The notes below the pieces were generated by a model that searched no databases, had not been told where the DNA came from, and worked only from the letters and a program-made list of their open reading frames with translations. A stretch of 63,962 nt of DNA, counting the filler, from Welwitschia mirabilis (Eukaryota), in assembly GCA_051453625.1 (NCBI GenBank). It is 5 parts of one record of this genome, joined end to end, with 100 filler letters (N's around TTAATTAATTAA, not from the genome) between each part and the next. Parts side by side here need not be neighbours in the genome. Positions count along the whole stretch, not along the records: positions 38,530 to 58,027 come from JBOZIK010000001.1; 4 more parts are not named here. The stretch is one strand, 5' to 3'. The position numbers were made by a program, and so were the translations under genes. Positions 39,161 to 51,000 of this stretch are shown here, piece after piece (position 1 is the first letter of the stretch; every line of letters starts with the position of its first letter).

Positions 39161-41195
39161 CACCCCCTAACCAGCCTTTTGCTAGTGCCTTAACAAAAAG
39201 TTAATAACGTCATGGTTAAACATGGAAAATTTGCCTTAGCCAAAGCACTCAAGTGTGAAAATGATAAGCCTTTGAAAAATTTTATGACCAAATTTACGCA
39301 ATTAAGGCATCAAAATGAAAATTTTGGTGAAAAAAGGATGTCATACCCGCCAATCAAAATTGAACTTGTCCTCAAAGTTATGTGGTGAAAAGCGTATAAA
39401 ATTATTTGAGAACATAGCCTTAAAAAGATTTTGATGAACCCTTTTACTGAAAGCAATGCAAAACGATGCAACTAAGCTATGAAAAGAGAAAAGCTAACTA
39501 ATGTGAAACAACCATTTTATTTCTTCCTAAAAATTCTAAGTAAAAAGTCAAACCCTAAAAGTCTATTTTTATAAGGTGCGGGTGAGGTGGAATGGATGAT
39601 GGAGATGAACAATGAAAATGTGACAATGGACTTAGTCATTGAATAAATGAGCAAACTTACTTAGGCTAATGATCTTTGTTATATTTTTATAATTTTAATG
39701 GACCTCGGAATCAAATAAGTGAAGTTTTGACCAAATAACTTATATGAACTCAAGAAATCGCAACAAATCCTAAGTATGAAAGTTAGAAGACAAAAAAACA
39801 ACCAACGCCTCCAATTCCCACCTTTTTTGTTCCTTTTTTCCCTTTTCTACCAATGTATATGCCCTTAGTTTTAAGCCTTTGAATCACTTTAAGCATCCAG
39901 TGTTATGACATCTCCCAGCAACAAAATTAAGCGTGTTGATATATGGAGCAGTCATTGTCACATGACCAATGTACATTCATAGCCCTGATATAGTTGAACA
40001 TGTCATAAAATAGATCGTTAGAGCTACATTATCAGTGAGCATCCATATCCCCGATGTAGTTAACTAAACCCAATATTTAAGTTATGTATGTTTGGAGAAG
40101 AGGTATATTATTTTACTTTTGTGCATCTTCTCATATTCATTTTTTTATGCACATTAGAGGGGTCATTGGCTCATTAAGCCTAGTCAAGACAAATCTTGTG
40201 CCCATCAAAAGCTTTAAACTTAAGGAGCATATACAAAGGTAGATCCCACCTTTTCAACTAAATTTTACCAAAATCGCAAACCTTAAGTGAGCGTGTTCTT
40301 AACCATCACACTTAGACTAAGCATAACTCTTCCTTTAAAACTTAAAAGCATACTCAATCGCAATTGTTACTTAGGTGATAATGAGATCAATTTATTATTG
40401 AGTTTTGTTTAAGGCCATCAACAAGGGTCTGTAAATCTCAAGAGCTCATGGATGAATGGCCTAGGTGATGGTTTATTGGGTTGGAGGGATTGATAGGAAA
40501 TGGAAGAGGTGAATGGAACGGCTTATGGGGGCGAAATGTGGGAATTTGTAAGTAAAAGGATTTAAGGCGACGATTGTAAAGATGGTAGTGCTTGTGAGGT
40601 TTATGGCGAGAAGGACCACCAAGCACACATGTTTTTAAGTTTTTTATTTTTTTCCAAAAGAAATCAAACCTAAAAGAAAAGCCTATCCTAAAAGAGAACT
40701 CTAACGTGAAAGCTAAAAATTCTCTAAAATGATATGTGCGTGAGGGCTCATGAGTGTGGAAACGACCATCAAATGATTCGAAACTTTGCGAAGTATTTTG
40801 AACTGGGACGGAATCCAAGTAAATTTTTATACATGAGTTTATGAAATCTGAAAGAACATTTGCGCAAGCAGGAAATTTTATGCATTTAAGATCATCAGCA
40901 GTCCACCCCTTAGCCTATTTATGTTTTACCAACTCCTCATGCAAGACCTCATTTTGGAGGGAAGACGAAAATGAAATGGAAATTACTTAACAAGGTAAGT
41001 GTTCATCAGAAGAACTAAAGTCTTTAAAAGTTGGTTCCAATTCGACAATAGATTTCTCTTCTTTACTAAGGCTTGGGTCTTGCTTAGTAAAAGGTGGAGG
41101 CCCATTGAGTTATGTTTAAGACAATGCTCTTTTTGTTGATGTCGCTCAATGGCTCAACCGTTTTTTGTGCAACTCTCTAAGGTATAACTTTCCTC

Positions 41196-41852
41196 TCATG
41201 GTTGTTCACCTTCTGATTCATCCTCTGATGTGTTTAACCGTACTCTAAAATACAGATTTCTTGCGCATAATTGATCATTGACTAATGCATTTCTAAACTC
41301 AAAGTCCTCTTTTGTTTCTTCCTCATTGGATGTGGCTTGAGTATCGATGATTTCACTATCCTTAATCCTCTCAAAATTTTCAAGGCTCTTAGACTCGTGG
41401 ATTGGAGGAAGATCTTCTTTCTGTTGGTTAAGGGCTTCCATGATTTGAGCATAAGTTTGGGCGATTTGTTGGAGGGTTTGGATTTGGGCTTGGAAACTTT
41501 GTTCAAGATTGTCATGGAAAGAGGAGTGTTGTTCAAAAATTCTTTCATGGTCTTCATTAATTTGATTTTGAGCATCCATGAAAGCTTTTGCTCTCTCCTT
41601 AAATGTGGTGGATGAAGGTTGTTGTTGAGTGAGGGAATATGGATGGTAAAGATCAAATGATGAAAGATAGGGATCATGAGAGTGGATCAAACTTTTGTTG
41701 GTAATAATGTGTTTCAAGTTTAGGATAAGAAGTTTAATTGGTAAGTGAAGGGTGTTGATCAAACGAATATGGAGAAGAGGGTGAAGGATAAGGGTTGTGG
41801 TGTTTGGGTTAGATGAAGTCCCTTGAAATTTTCTTGGGCCGAATGTAATCAC
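41196..41852 (-). pseudogene. Athila-like gag C-terminal remnant (coiled-coil, Q/E-rich)
   Basis: KAFMDAQNQINE...QAQIQTLQQIAQTYAQIMEALNQQ resembles the post-gag coiled coil of Athila polyproteins. The similarity is compositional. Confidence 0.45.
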
Positions 41853-42453
41853 CTATAGTTTCAGGCTGAGCATAATTGGACGCATTCTAGGGATTATCAC
41901 AGTTTCCATAAGCAAGGTGAGGTTTAATAGGTGTTTCAAACGGATTATGTGCCCAACTCACCTTAAAGTTTTCAAAAACGGTTTACGAAATTTACTAAAA
42001 GGCTTACGTTTTCATTAATTATTCAAATTTTCAGAGGTGTCTGATATTTGAACAGTTTTACCAAGTTGAAAAGAGAAGTTTTGTGATTTTTTAGAGTGTT
42101 TTGAGCGAAATGGCTCATAGCACCGATAAGGGAAGATGGCGGCAATGGTCAAGATGAGAGTTACCACTACAAAAAAACAGAGAGTTTTGCAAACATCTCG
42201 TGCATCGAACAATGTTACAAGGTCGCAGAAAAACCAAAACAAAAATAAGAACGTGAGCACACACGAAATCTGTGCTTAACAAAAATTGATTAAAAAATTT
42301 TAGGACTTAAAAAATTTTTGGACGTAAAAAATTAAAAAAAATTGAACTTAAGAAATTTAGGACTTAAAAAATTTACAAGGATCGTGTGCTGCAATGAAGA
42401 CAGGAATAAAAAAGTAATATTGAAGAGCAAAAAAAAGAATCCAAGAAAAGAAA

Positions 42454-42509
42454 CAAAAGATAGCACAAAGTGCTTTCGGGGAGTTACACCCCTCGTCTGC
42501 GTGCTTTTG
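42454..42509 (-). ncRNA. Type I hammerhead ribozyme-like motif (U4A core variant)
   Basis: Minus strand reads CAAAAG-cac-G CAGACGA GGGG-tgtaact-CCCC GAAA GCAC-ttt-GTGC TA T-CTTTTG. It has stems II and III, the GAAA box, a CUA cleavage triplet and a bulged stem I. The core reads CAGACGA instead of CUGANGA. Confidence 0.72.
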
Positions 42510-42724
42510 AATTTCTGATTTCTGAATCTTGGAATACATGGAGGAGATTACACCTTGAAATAGGAGAGGCTGCCCTAACTATTGGCAGGAAAGGGGGCCC
42601 AAAGAAAGGGCAAGAAAAAATTACATTTCAAATTTCAAATTCCCATCTTTAGAAAATAAGAAACGGAAAGAAAATAGAATAAGTAACACCCCATAAAGTG
42701 GATAGGAAGCATGAGGTGAGAAAA

Positions 42725-44428
42725 CTAAGATCTCCTGACTGCTCTGATTAAACAGGAATCTCTATGGAATTGGCTACATGTAACAAGTTTCCCAAGTTTA
42801 GGAGGATTCTGCTAGCAAATTGTTGGATCTGGAATAACTGGGCTCGGCATGTGATCATTTTGGGTAAGCCTAGAAAGTATAGGATTTAGGATTGGGCCCA
42901 TGTTACAAGATCTTGTCGAAGGACTAAAATCCATTTTGAAAACAAGGGGGTTCCCTTTCTTCTTCCAAATGCTTCCATGTATGCTATGGAGAAGAGTTGT
43001 TCTATCAAATGCAGAAACTTTGTTGAAGCAATGTAAAAGGAACTTGGAAGGGTAGCCGCAGGCGCAAAGGCAAAGATACAGGTTACGCTTGGAACTGGAA
43101 TAGTCCCAAAGGTTGGATTCCCGCATCAAGTATCTGCAAGGCTCTGAAATAACGAAAGCCTTCTTCTAATGGACTGGATGCCATGAGGAGAAGGGGATAT
43201 ATTGATAGGCATTCAAAGGTTTTTGGTAGCATTTGGTGGACCAAATTCCTATAGAACAAAACGTGGGACTTTTGAAAACAAACAACATCTAGAATGTTAA
43301 CAAATTCTTGGGATACTGAGTAATGTNNNNNNNNNNNNNNNNNNNNNNNNNNNNNNNNNNNNNNNNNNNNNNNNNNNNNNNNNNNNNNNNNNNNNNNNNN
43401 NNNNNNNNNNNNNNNNNNNNNNNNNNTTGGGATACTGAGTAATGTGAATGCTGAGGTACATAGAATTGTAGCTCTCCAAAAACATTGTTAAGGAATCTAA
43501 GGGACTAGTCCAAATACCAAAGGCATCATCAATATAACACTTGTAGTAGAAAAGAAAATGTATGTTCATATTGGAGAAAAGTTGCTTCTCTAGATGACAG
43601 AGGGATAAACAAGCATACATCACTGCAAAATTACTGCCCATAGCAGTACCACGAACCTCTTTGAACAAATTGCCATCAAACTCCCAATAATTTTCTCCAA
43701 GGACAAGAGANNNNNNNNNNNNNNNNNNNNNNNNNNNNNNNNNNNNNNNNNNNNNNNNNNNNNNNNNNNNNNNNNNNNNNNNNNNNNNNNNNNNNNNNNN
43801 NNNNNNNNNNNNNNNNNNNNNNNNNNNNNNNNNNNNNNNNNNNNNNNNNNNNNNNNNNNNNNNNNNNNNNNNNNNNNNNNNNNNNNNNNNNNNNNNNNNN
43901 NNNNNNNNNNNNNNNNNNNNNNNNNNNNNNNNNNNNNNNNNNNNNNNNNNNNNNNNNNNNNNNNNNNNNNNNNNNNNNNNNNNNNNNNNNNNNNNNNNNN
44001 NNNNNNNNNNNNNNNNNNNNNNNNNNNNNNNNNNNNNNNNNNNNNNNNNNNNNNNNNNNNNNNNNNNNNNNNNNNNNNNNNNNNNNNNNNNNNNNNNNNN
44101 NNNNNNNNNNAGAAGATAAAGAAATGATGGCCTCTTGATAAAGCTCCTGATTAGGAAAAGGATGCAACATAAAATACTCTTCAACCATAGATTTAAGAGC
44201 TGAAAGACTTGCTTCAGTAGGGATGCTAGGATACAGGGATTCCACATCGAATGTAAAGAGGAATGCATATTGTGGGATGGTTAAAGAACTCAAATCCCAA
44301 ATGAGAGAAACCGAGTCTATGAGATGGGTGGGCTAGCAGAATAGGATGGGGAAGAGTAAGTAGTAAACGAGGCGAGATGTTGGTTCCAACATATACCCAG
44401 AGTAGCTGCAGATGGGATGACCAACCAA
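42725..44428 (-). pseudogene. PLE reverse transcriptase (RT core, thumb and C-terminal extension) with stops
   Basis: LVGHPICSYSG (GRPI motif), FTFDVESLYPSIP (DVESLYPSIP at 44219-44248), ENYWEFDG..GTAMGSNFA (GTAMGS at 43633-43650), YIDD (43525-43536), VNILDV, YQKPLNAYQYIPFSSWHP, L..CGYP, NPPKLGKLV. Terminal stop at 42725-42727. Confidence 0.92.
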
Positions 44429-44754
44429 ACTAGTGTTTTTTAACAACGAGCTTACACAAAACTGGAATTAAAAATGCCAAAAAATTAAAGGCACGCAAAG
44501 TTAATTAAAATTTTTCGTTTTTAAGTTTTCTCCTTGTGCTACCTACAGACCTACACAGAAACAAGTTAGAAAGAAAGCAAACCAAGCCAGTTCAGACATC
44601 ACTAGAATGACCAGTACCAACCGCTGAAAGGAAAAACACACAAAAGAAAAGGAAAAATGACCAGTTCGGGTATCACTAGAAAGGACCAGCACCCACCACT
44701 AGAAAAATAAAATCTAAAAAGTTTCGCTCTTTCTGAACAGCTACCGTGCCATTA

Positions 44755-44772
44755 TCCCTAGCAACAACGCCA
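44755..44772 (-). promoter_or_regulatory. Athila-type primer-binding site (tRNA-Asp-like)
   Basis: Minus strand TGGCGTTGTTGCTAGGGA versus the Athila consensus TGGCGCCGTTGCCGGGGA, 5 nt inside the LTR end. Confidence 0.8.
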
Positions 44773-44777
44773 AAATC

Positions 44778-45534
44778 TGATCATAGCTTTATAGCGATCT
44801 AGATTTAAAACTAAGCTTACACTTAGTTATCATTCTTCCACAAGGACGATTGGGGTTAACTAAATAGAAATTGCACTAACTCTTGCTAACTTGCAAGTTA
44901 CAAAAAGAAAGAAAAAAAAAGAAAAGGGAAAGAAGAGGGAGTTGAGATTGGTTTTGTAAAACTTTGTAGGGAAAGTGGAAAGTAAGCAAGCTCCAAGTGT
45001 GTCCAATTCATGCTTCTATGAATCCTTACTTGACCATATGCAACATTAACCTGAAACAAACTTCAGACTATCAACTATAAAAGCACGGGTCATAGTGACA
45101 TAATCTCATTCACCATTTGAGTGTTGATGAATTCGACGGCCACTAATCCTTCATAGCCATTACGCCTTGACGCTTCAAGGGTTCCATGTTTTACCCAAAC
45201 AAAAGATGAATACAATGAAGGGCTCAAGGCCCTTTTATAGTTAAGCATGGGGTGGGGGTAGTTACAAGCTCTTGGCTTGTAGCGTTAGGTAAGCAGCACC
45301 AGTAGTCCTAACCCGCAGCGCCAGCGTTTTAGCTTGATTGATCATCAACTTTCGACATACCCTTCAAGATGCATTAAATACCCTAAAAATGTCATGGGAA
45401 AACAATAAGTTCATAATTAATATTGAAAATCAATAGAAGACATGTTTTGTGATAAAATCGATTATATTAACGTCTTTCATTAAGATAAATTGATCATTCA
45501 GCTTGCTTGTAATATCAATTTTTACATGTTAACA
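44778..45534 (-). repeat. 5' LTR of the Athila-like element (757 bp, internally deleted)
   Basis: Minus strand TGTTAACATG...GCTATGATCA. Lacks blocks that are present in the 36698-37950 copy. Confidence 0.85.
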
Positions 45535-47214
45535 CTGATTTATAACGATTTTTGAAGAGGTCTGCCACATAATATTTCCCTTAGATAATCAAGACGGGTG
45601 GCAATCAACCCCATATTTACTTTAGGGGCATTATTTTGTTTCATTTTATTTTATTATTAATCTTTTAGCCTGTGCTGATGATCTCAAATGAAAGGAGACA
45701 ACTCTGATGAAGTCACCATCACCCATGATATCTTAATATCATGAAAGTTTAATAAATGATGAATTTTTGTTGACTATGGAACATGTAAAATCCAAGAATG
45801 ATCATCAATGCAGCATTAATAAATAAGAAAAAGTACAACTGCTATCTCATTATACCAGCATTAAACTACTATATGTTCTGATCAGATGCTTAATAACGAA
45901 AACACAATTCCACAAACAACATACTAACCCTAGGAATCCAATGTCTATCTAACAGAGTGGACTCCTAAGGTCATGATAAAAATCTAACAAAGATAGTCTA
46001 GAATAATTAGAAGTTCAAGACTAAAAATAACAACCAAAAACAGACAGCCCGCACATTGGAAGCTGACGCTAAGAAAATGCATCAGTTCAGGAAAATTATA
46101 CACATCTAAATGGTGAGAAACCACTTAATTACCATGATAAAGCACAATTCTAATTTCAGGTTCATGTCACTTGAATGTGGCCATCTTATAGATTCTACAA
46201 GCTCCTACAAATGAGATTAAGCTTGTAAAAGATGGCTACCAATAGTGGGCAATGTAAAAATGTACTCTTATTGCTAAATTGTTGTAAAACTCGACATAAG
46301 TGAAGTGAATTTCACAAGTTTGTGAATAGCTTGCGAAGTTTGTGAGTCTCAGAAACTTTGCAAGGTTAAACAAACAAACTCGGTGAGGCAATTTCTACAT
46401 AGAAATTGCGTCAAGTTCCAACTTTGGCCAACTCCAATGCCTGACCCACATCAAGTACATGTCCAAAAAGTTTTTAAACATGAATTTCATTTTTTAAAAA
46501 AAGGACATATTTTGAGATGGCCTCTATTTCTATAAAAAAATAAAAACTGGAGAGGGTTTAGAAACTCTCATTTGACTCATGCCAGTGAAATCACGAACTA
46601 AAGGAGTGGCGTTAGAGCAACATGTGAGAAGACACACAATGAATCTAGAAGAACAGGATTTTAGAAGAAGCTAGAGCAACAGCTTGTGTTCATTGTGACT
46701 GTCGATCCTTCCAATCGACTCTGAGAGCTCTGTATTGGTTTCCTTTGAAGTAGGGTAAATTGGGCCAAAACCACATTACCCTGTGTTTATTCTTTCTTGG
46801 TTGCTATTTTTCTTGTAGATTTTTGTTATTATTAGAGCCTTAATTAAAGGCCTACAAGCAATCTCAATTTCTTTCTAGTGAACCTTGTGAACAGAGCGAG
46901 CTAAGTAAGTGCACTAATTTTTGACTTGTCCACAGAATAGTTAGGGGTCTTTTGTTTAGGAGAATGTACAAACTACAAACTTCAAAACATACTCATGAGA
47001 AAACTAGAACGTCTAAATCATTTTGATGCAAGATGTTTTGTTAAAAACGTGTGATATTGCCATCATAGGTTTAAAATCCAATAGTGTGTAAGGTTGGGAA
47101 AACTAGACAAAAAGGCTCTTTCTCTCATATGTCACAACATTCTTGCATCCCTAGCAAGTACGAAGATGATGATAAGATATGGAACCACTAAAAAACATGT
47201 ATGGCAAAACCCCT

Positions 47215-48060
47215 AGAATAAATTGCACGGAAAATTCTCTTTGCCAAATCTTGTCTGGTAAATATGATCGTTTACCCTACCAGTTGCTTTCCTATATCTA
47301 ATAAGTATGCCAACTTGATAGATAATATTATCAGAGATTTCATTTGGTCGGGTGTCAAGTCCCACAACAGGCTTCATCTTATAAACTATGAGCAAATAGC
47401 CATGCCTAAAAAAGCATGTAGTCTTGGCATTAGAAAAACTATGGACATGAGCAAATGTATTCTTGCAAAGCACTATTGCAGATTTCTGTCTGACAACTGT
47501 ATTCTTTAGGTTATATTCTTTAAAGAGGATTATGATGATAAAGAAAGGCTCTTTACTTTTTGGAAGCACATGATTCGTTCCTTGAGAGAGGTTTGGCCAT
47601 AGGTTTTTGAAAATCAAACTCTTCCCACTCAAAATGGCAAAATAAGCATTTCAGTGATCTGTCATAATTTGTTTGAATATGACTATAGATAGAAGAAATT
47701 ATGGAAACTAGATATTCTAGAAAAAAATTTAGATATTTTGGTGGTATATGTTAAAAGATTTATTCCCACAGCAAACAAGCTCATTCAAAGGAACATAAAA
47801 GTTAATCAAGATTGTCCAATGTGTCATGAAGAAAATGAGTCCCAAAATCACCTCTTCATTTAATGTTCTATTGCAAAGGATCTCTAGAAAGGCTTGAATA
47901 TACCTCCCCCTTCTCAGATTAGCTTGGATACTTTCAATTCTTTAAAGAAAAATGCCTTCATGATTATTAGTTCTTGGCTTTTATAGAAGCATAAATGCAA
48001 TATTATCTTTTAATAGTAAAAATTATCCCTCTCAAAGTTGAAATTCAAAATCATCAGATA
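47215..48060 (+). mobile_element. L1-type LINE 3' fragment (RT C-terminus and zf-RVT)
   Basis: IDNIIRDFIWSG...INYEQIAMPKKACSLGIR and CPMCHEENESQNHLF. Confidence 0.8.
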
Positions 48061-51000
48061 GATTAGAGAACCGGATCAAGTCCAGGTCTATAAAAAACGT
48101 GGCAGCCCAAACCCTGCAAACAGAATTGCGCCCATTTGCAGGAAAATGCGTAGTGTCCGAACTGCACTAAAGTGGAGCGTCTGAACCGTGCCCGAGCACC
48201 CGTTATGATCTCAATGTGCCAGAAGACACGGGGAAAGCTCTGAGAACTAAACCTACCAAGCTCTGAGAGGCCTTTCAAGTAGCAAGATTTGATTCTTATG
48301 TCCTTAGCCTCAAAAGGCATGATCCTGATCTCTCCAAACAATTCTTCAGAAACTAGAATGGCAGATCTACTCAGATAGGTAACACTACCATCTTCATTGA
48401 TAGTCCTTCCATTAGTGATGCCACTCACGTAAGTCCTCAAGGTATAAACTAAAAAGGGGTGCCCCCAAGGCTTTCATAGTTCCTCATTTCGAACGATTGA
48501 TTGGGAAAACACCGCTAAAGAGAGGAGGAAGCTACAAAAGGAAGGATCTGCCACGGTCCTATGATTCTTAGGCTGCTTTGATCATGAAATATTTCACCTT
48601 GCCTGTAGCTTCTAGATCTTTACAGTCTCTTGATACTATCATTTCAAAATTGCTAGACGCAAATGAGACAAAAACTATAGAACCCTCTAGTAGAGCATCG
48701 AGTATTAGAAAGGGTTTCTCACACAAAAGAGAAGATGTTCATGGACATACTAAGAGCATAAGTAAATTTGCTGGCAGAAGCCAAGTCGTTTGCTGGTATT
48801 GTAAGAAGAAGGGTCATATAAACAAAGATTGTTATGCCTTAAAACATAAGAAGAAAGGCAAGCGACCTGAGAACAGCAAACAAAAACAAGTACAATTCGA
48901 TGGGGATGTTTCAATCATGCTAATTGCTAAAGATGGAGATGCTCATGTCTCCACGTACTCTACTCCTGATGTATGAATTCTATATTCAAGAGGTTCTTTC
49001 CATGTCTATCCACATAAAGAATATTTTTCTGACTACAGATCCATTTCTGGAAGAGAAGTCTTCTTGGGAGATGACAAATCATGCATTGTTAAAGTAATTG
49101 GTGTTGTCATTCTAAAACAGAGTAACGGCAGAATGTGACATTAAGGAGTGTTTACCATGTTCCTTGTATTACAAAGAATTTTATCCCTTTTAGATAGGTA
49201 GATGACTTGGGGTGTAGAATTACATGCTAATGAAAGCTGAAAAGTAAGCAAAAGGGCAATGACACTAATGCATAGAAAGAAAAAGGGACGCTGTATATAT
49301 CGAGAGCATGTGCAGTTGAAGGATATGCTGCTACTGCTGCAATTTCGAAGGACAATATTACTCTGTGGCACTACAAACTCAGACACCTCAACAAAATCGA
49401 AATGAAGGTACTTATTTCTAAGAATCTGCTGCCTGAGTTTTCTTCCTTTTCTCTAGATTGTTGTCATGATTGTGCTATCAATTAAAAAAAGGTGTGTTGC
49501 TTTTAAGAAATCTGTTTTGAATAAGGAGATAAGAAAGCTTGATATTGTGTATTCCGATGTTGTTGGTCCAATGGACGTCATGTCTTTAGGTGGTGCATCA
49601 TATTTTATTACATTCATTGATAGTTTTAGCAAAAAAACGTAGATTTATTTTATGCATCCCAAAAGTCAAGCCTAAGAAAAGTTTAAGGAGTTTAAGGCTA
49701 GAAGAGAAAATGACTCTAGCTATAAAATAAAATGTCTAATAACTGACAATGGGGATGAATACACCTCCCATGAGTTTTTTAAATTTTGTAAGTAGGTTGG
49801 AACTGGACATAACAAAACACCACTAGGAACACCAAAAAATAATGGTGTTGCAGAAAGATATAACCATATCAAATCCATGCTTGCTCGATCCAATGTGCTA
49901 AAGTCATTTTGGGCAGAAGCTACTAAAACAACGCTTAGTTGATCAATCATTCTCCTCATTCAGCCTTGGATGGTGGTATCCCATAATCTGTCTAAAGGGA
50001 GTGTTCTCTTTCTCTATCTCACCTACATGTTTTTGGATGTGAGGTGTATATCCATCTGCAAGGTACAGGAAAACTGGAAGAACATGGTAGGAAATATATT
50101 TGTCCTGGCTATGGGGGAGATGATTTTGCATATAGGCTTTGGGATCCTATGACACGGAGGATTGTTAGATCACGTGATATTGAACTCAAAGAAGATGTGA
50201 TGATTTATATGTCATAGGAGAGCATTCAAAAAGAGGGAAGTTCTAATTCTTGCACCTTGCACAAGCCTAAATAGGTTGATGATGATAAGAAGCATGATAC
50301 ACATATTGAAAATGTCCAACCTAAGCTAGGCTAGCCTAAAGAAGAAAGCTTAAGTTCTAAATCTGGGTCTAATGATGATCGTACTCAAGTTCTGGCATAT
50401 GGGGTTTAGAGATCCACCAGAGTTACTATCTCACCTCAAAGATATTCTCCATCTTTACATTATGTGTTGTTTACAAGTAAGGGAGAACCTAAATCCTTTG
50501 AAGAAGTTCTTTCTTCTTCTGAGTCTCATAAATGGAAAGCTACCATAGAAGAAGAAACAAAATCATACTTGGGATTTGGTCCCCTTACCTAAAGAGAAAA
50601 GGCCTTTAAAATCTAAGTGGGTGTATGTTACCAAACAAGAGATTGGTGGTGGACAGCATTGCAAAGCAAAACTGGTGGTGAAAGGGTACAGCCAAAAACG
50701 AAGTATTGATTTTACAGAAATTTTCTCAACTATTGTGAAGCACATATCTATTTGAATTTTCCTTGGCATGGTGACTTGTTTGGATTTGGAATTAGAGCAG
50801 TTAGACGTTAAAATAGCTTTTCCGCATGGTGATCTAGAAGAAGAAATTTATATGCATGTACCACACAACTTGGAAGTAGAAGATAAAAATATACTTTGTA
50901 GGTTGAGGAAGTCTTTTTATGGCTTGAAACAGGCACCTCGGCAATAGTACAAGAAGTTTGATGATTTTTTGCAGAAACAGGGATACTCCAATTGCGACTA

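Larger units (their letters stand above)
42440..44428 (-). mobile_element. 5'-truncated Penelope-like retroelement (PLE)
   Basis: PLE-type RT plus a 3' non-coding region with a hammerhead motif. The 3' boundary is approximate and no TSD was identified. Confidence 0.88.
38530..45534 (-). mobile_element. Non-autonomous (pol-less) Athila-like LTR retrotransposon containing a PLE insertion
   Basis: 5' LTR 44778-45534, tRNA-Asp-type PBS, gag-like remnant (41196-41852), PPT TTAGGGGGTG (39161-39170) and 3' LTR 38530-39160 (cut by the scaffold end). No Gypsy RT or integrase was recognised. Confidence 0.8.

Noticed and set aside
43308-43445. Direct repeat TTGGGATACTGAGTAATGT within the PLE (similar cases at 11456-11621 and 61518-61718)
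   Set aside because: Identical sequence on both sides of a 100-N gap indicates an unmerged contig overlap, not a real duplication.
43711-44110. 400-N gap as a hidden extra domain in the PLE RT
   Set aside because: The flanking peptides (EAIISLSS and SLVLGENYWEF) are expected to be essentially adjacent in PLE RTs. The gap is probably oversized or holds an insertion, and its content cannot be seen.
38530-45534. Classical plant LTR retrozyme
   Set aside because: Retrozymes carry type III hammerheads within short LTRs. Here the motif is type I, internal and tied to a PLE RT.
45670-45720. CTGATGA...GAAA as a second hammerhead, or a C/D snoRNA
   Set aside because: No stem II or stem III pairing, and no convincing C/D box spacing or terminal stem.
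46280-46840. 5' LTR partner of the Copia ending at 52638
   Set aside because: LTR-like and followed by a weak PBS-like TTATTAGAGCC, but no clear similarity to 52102-52638 was visible.
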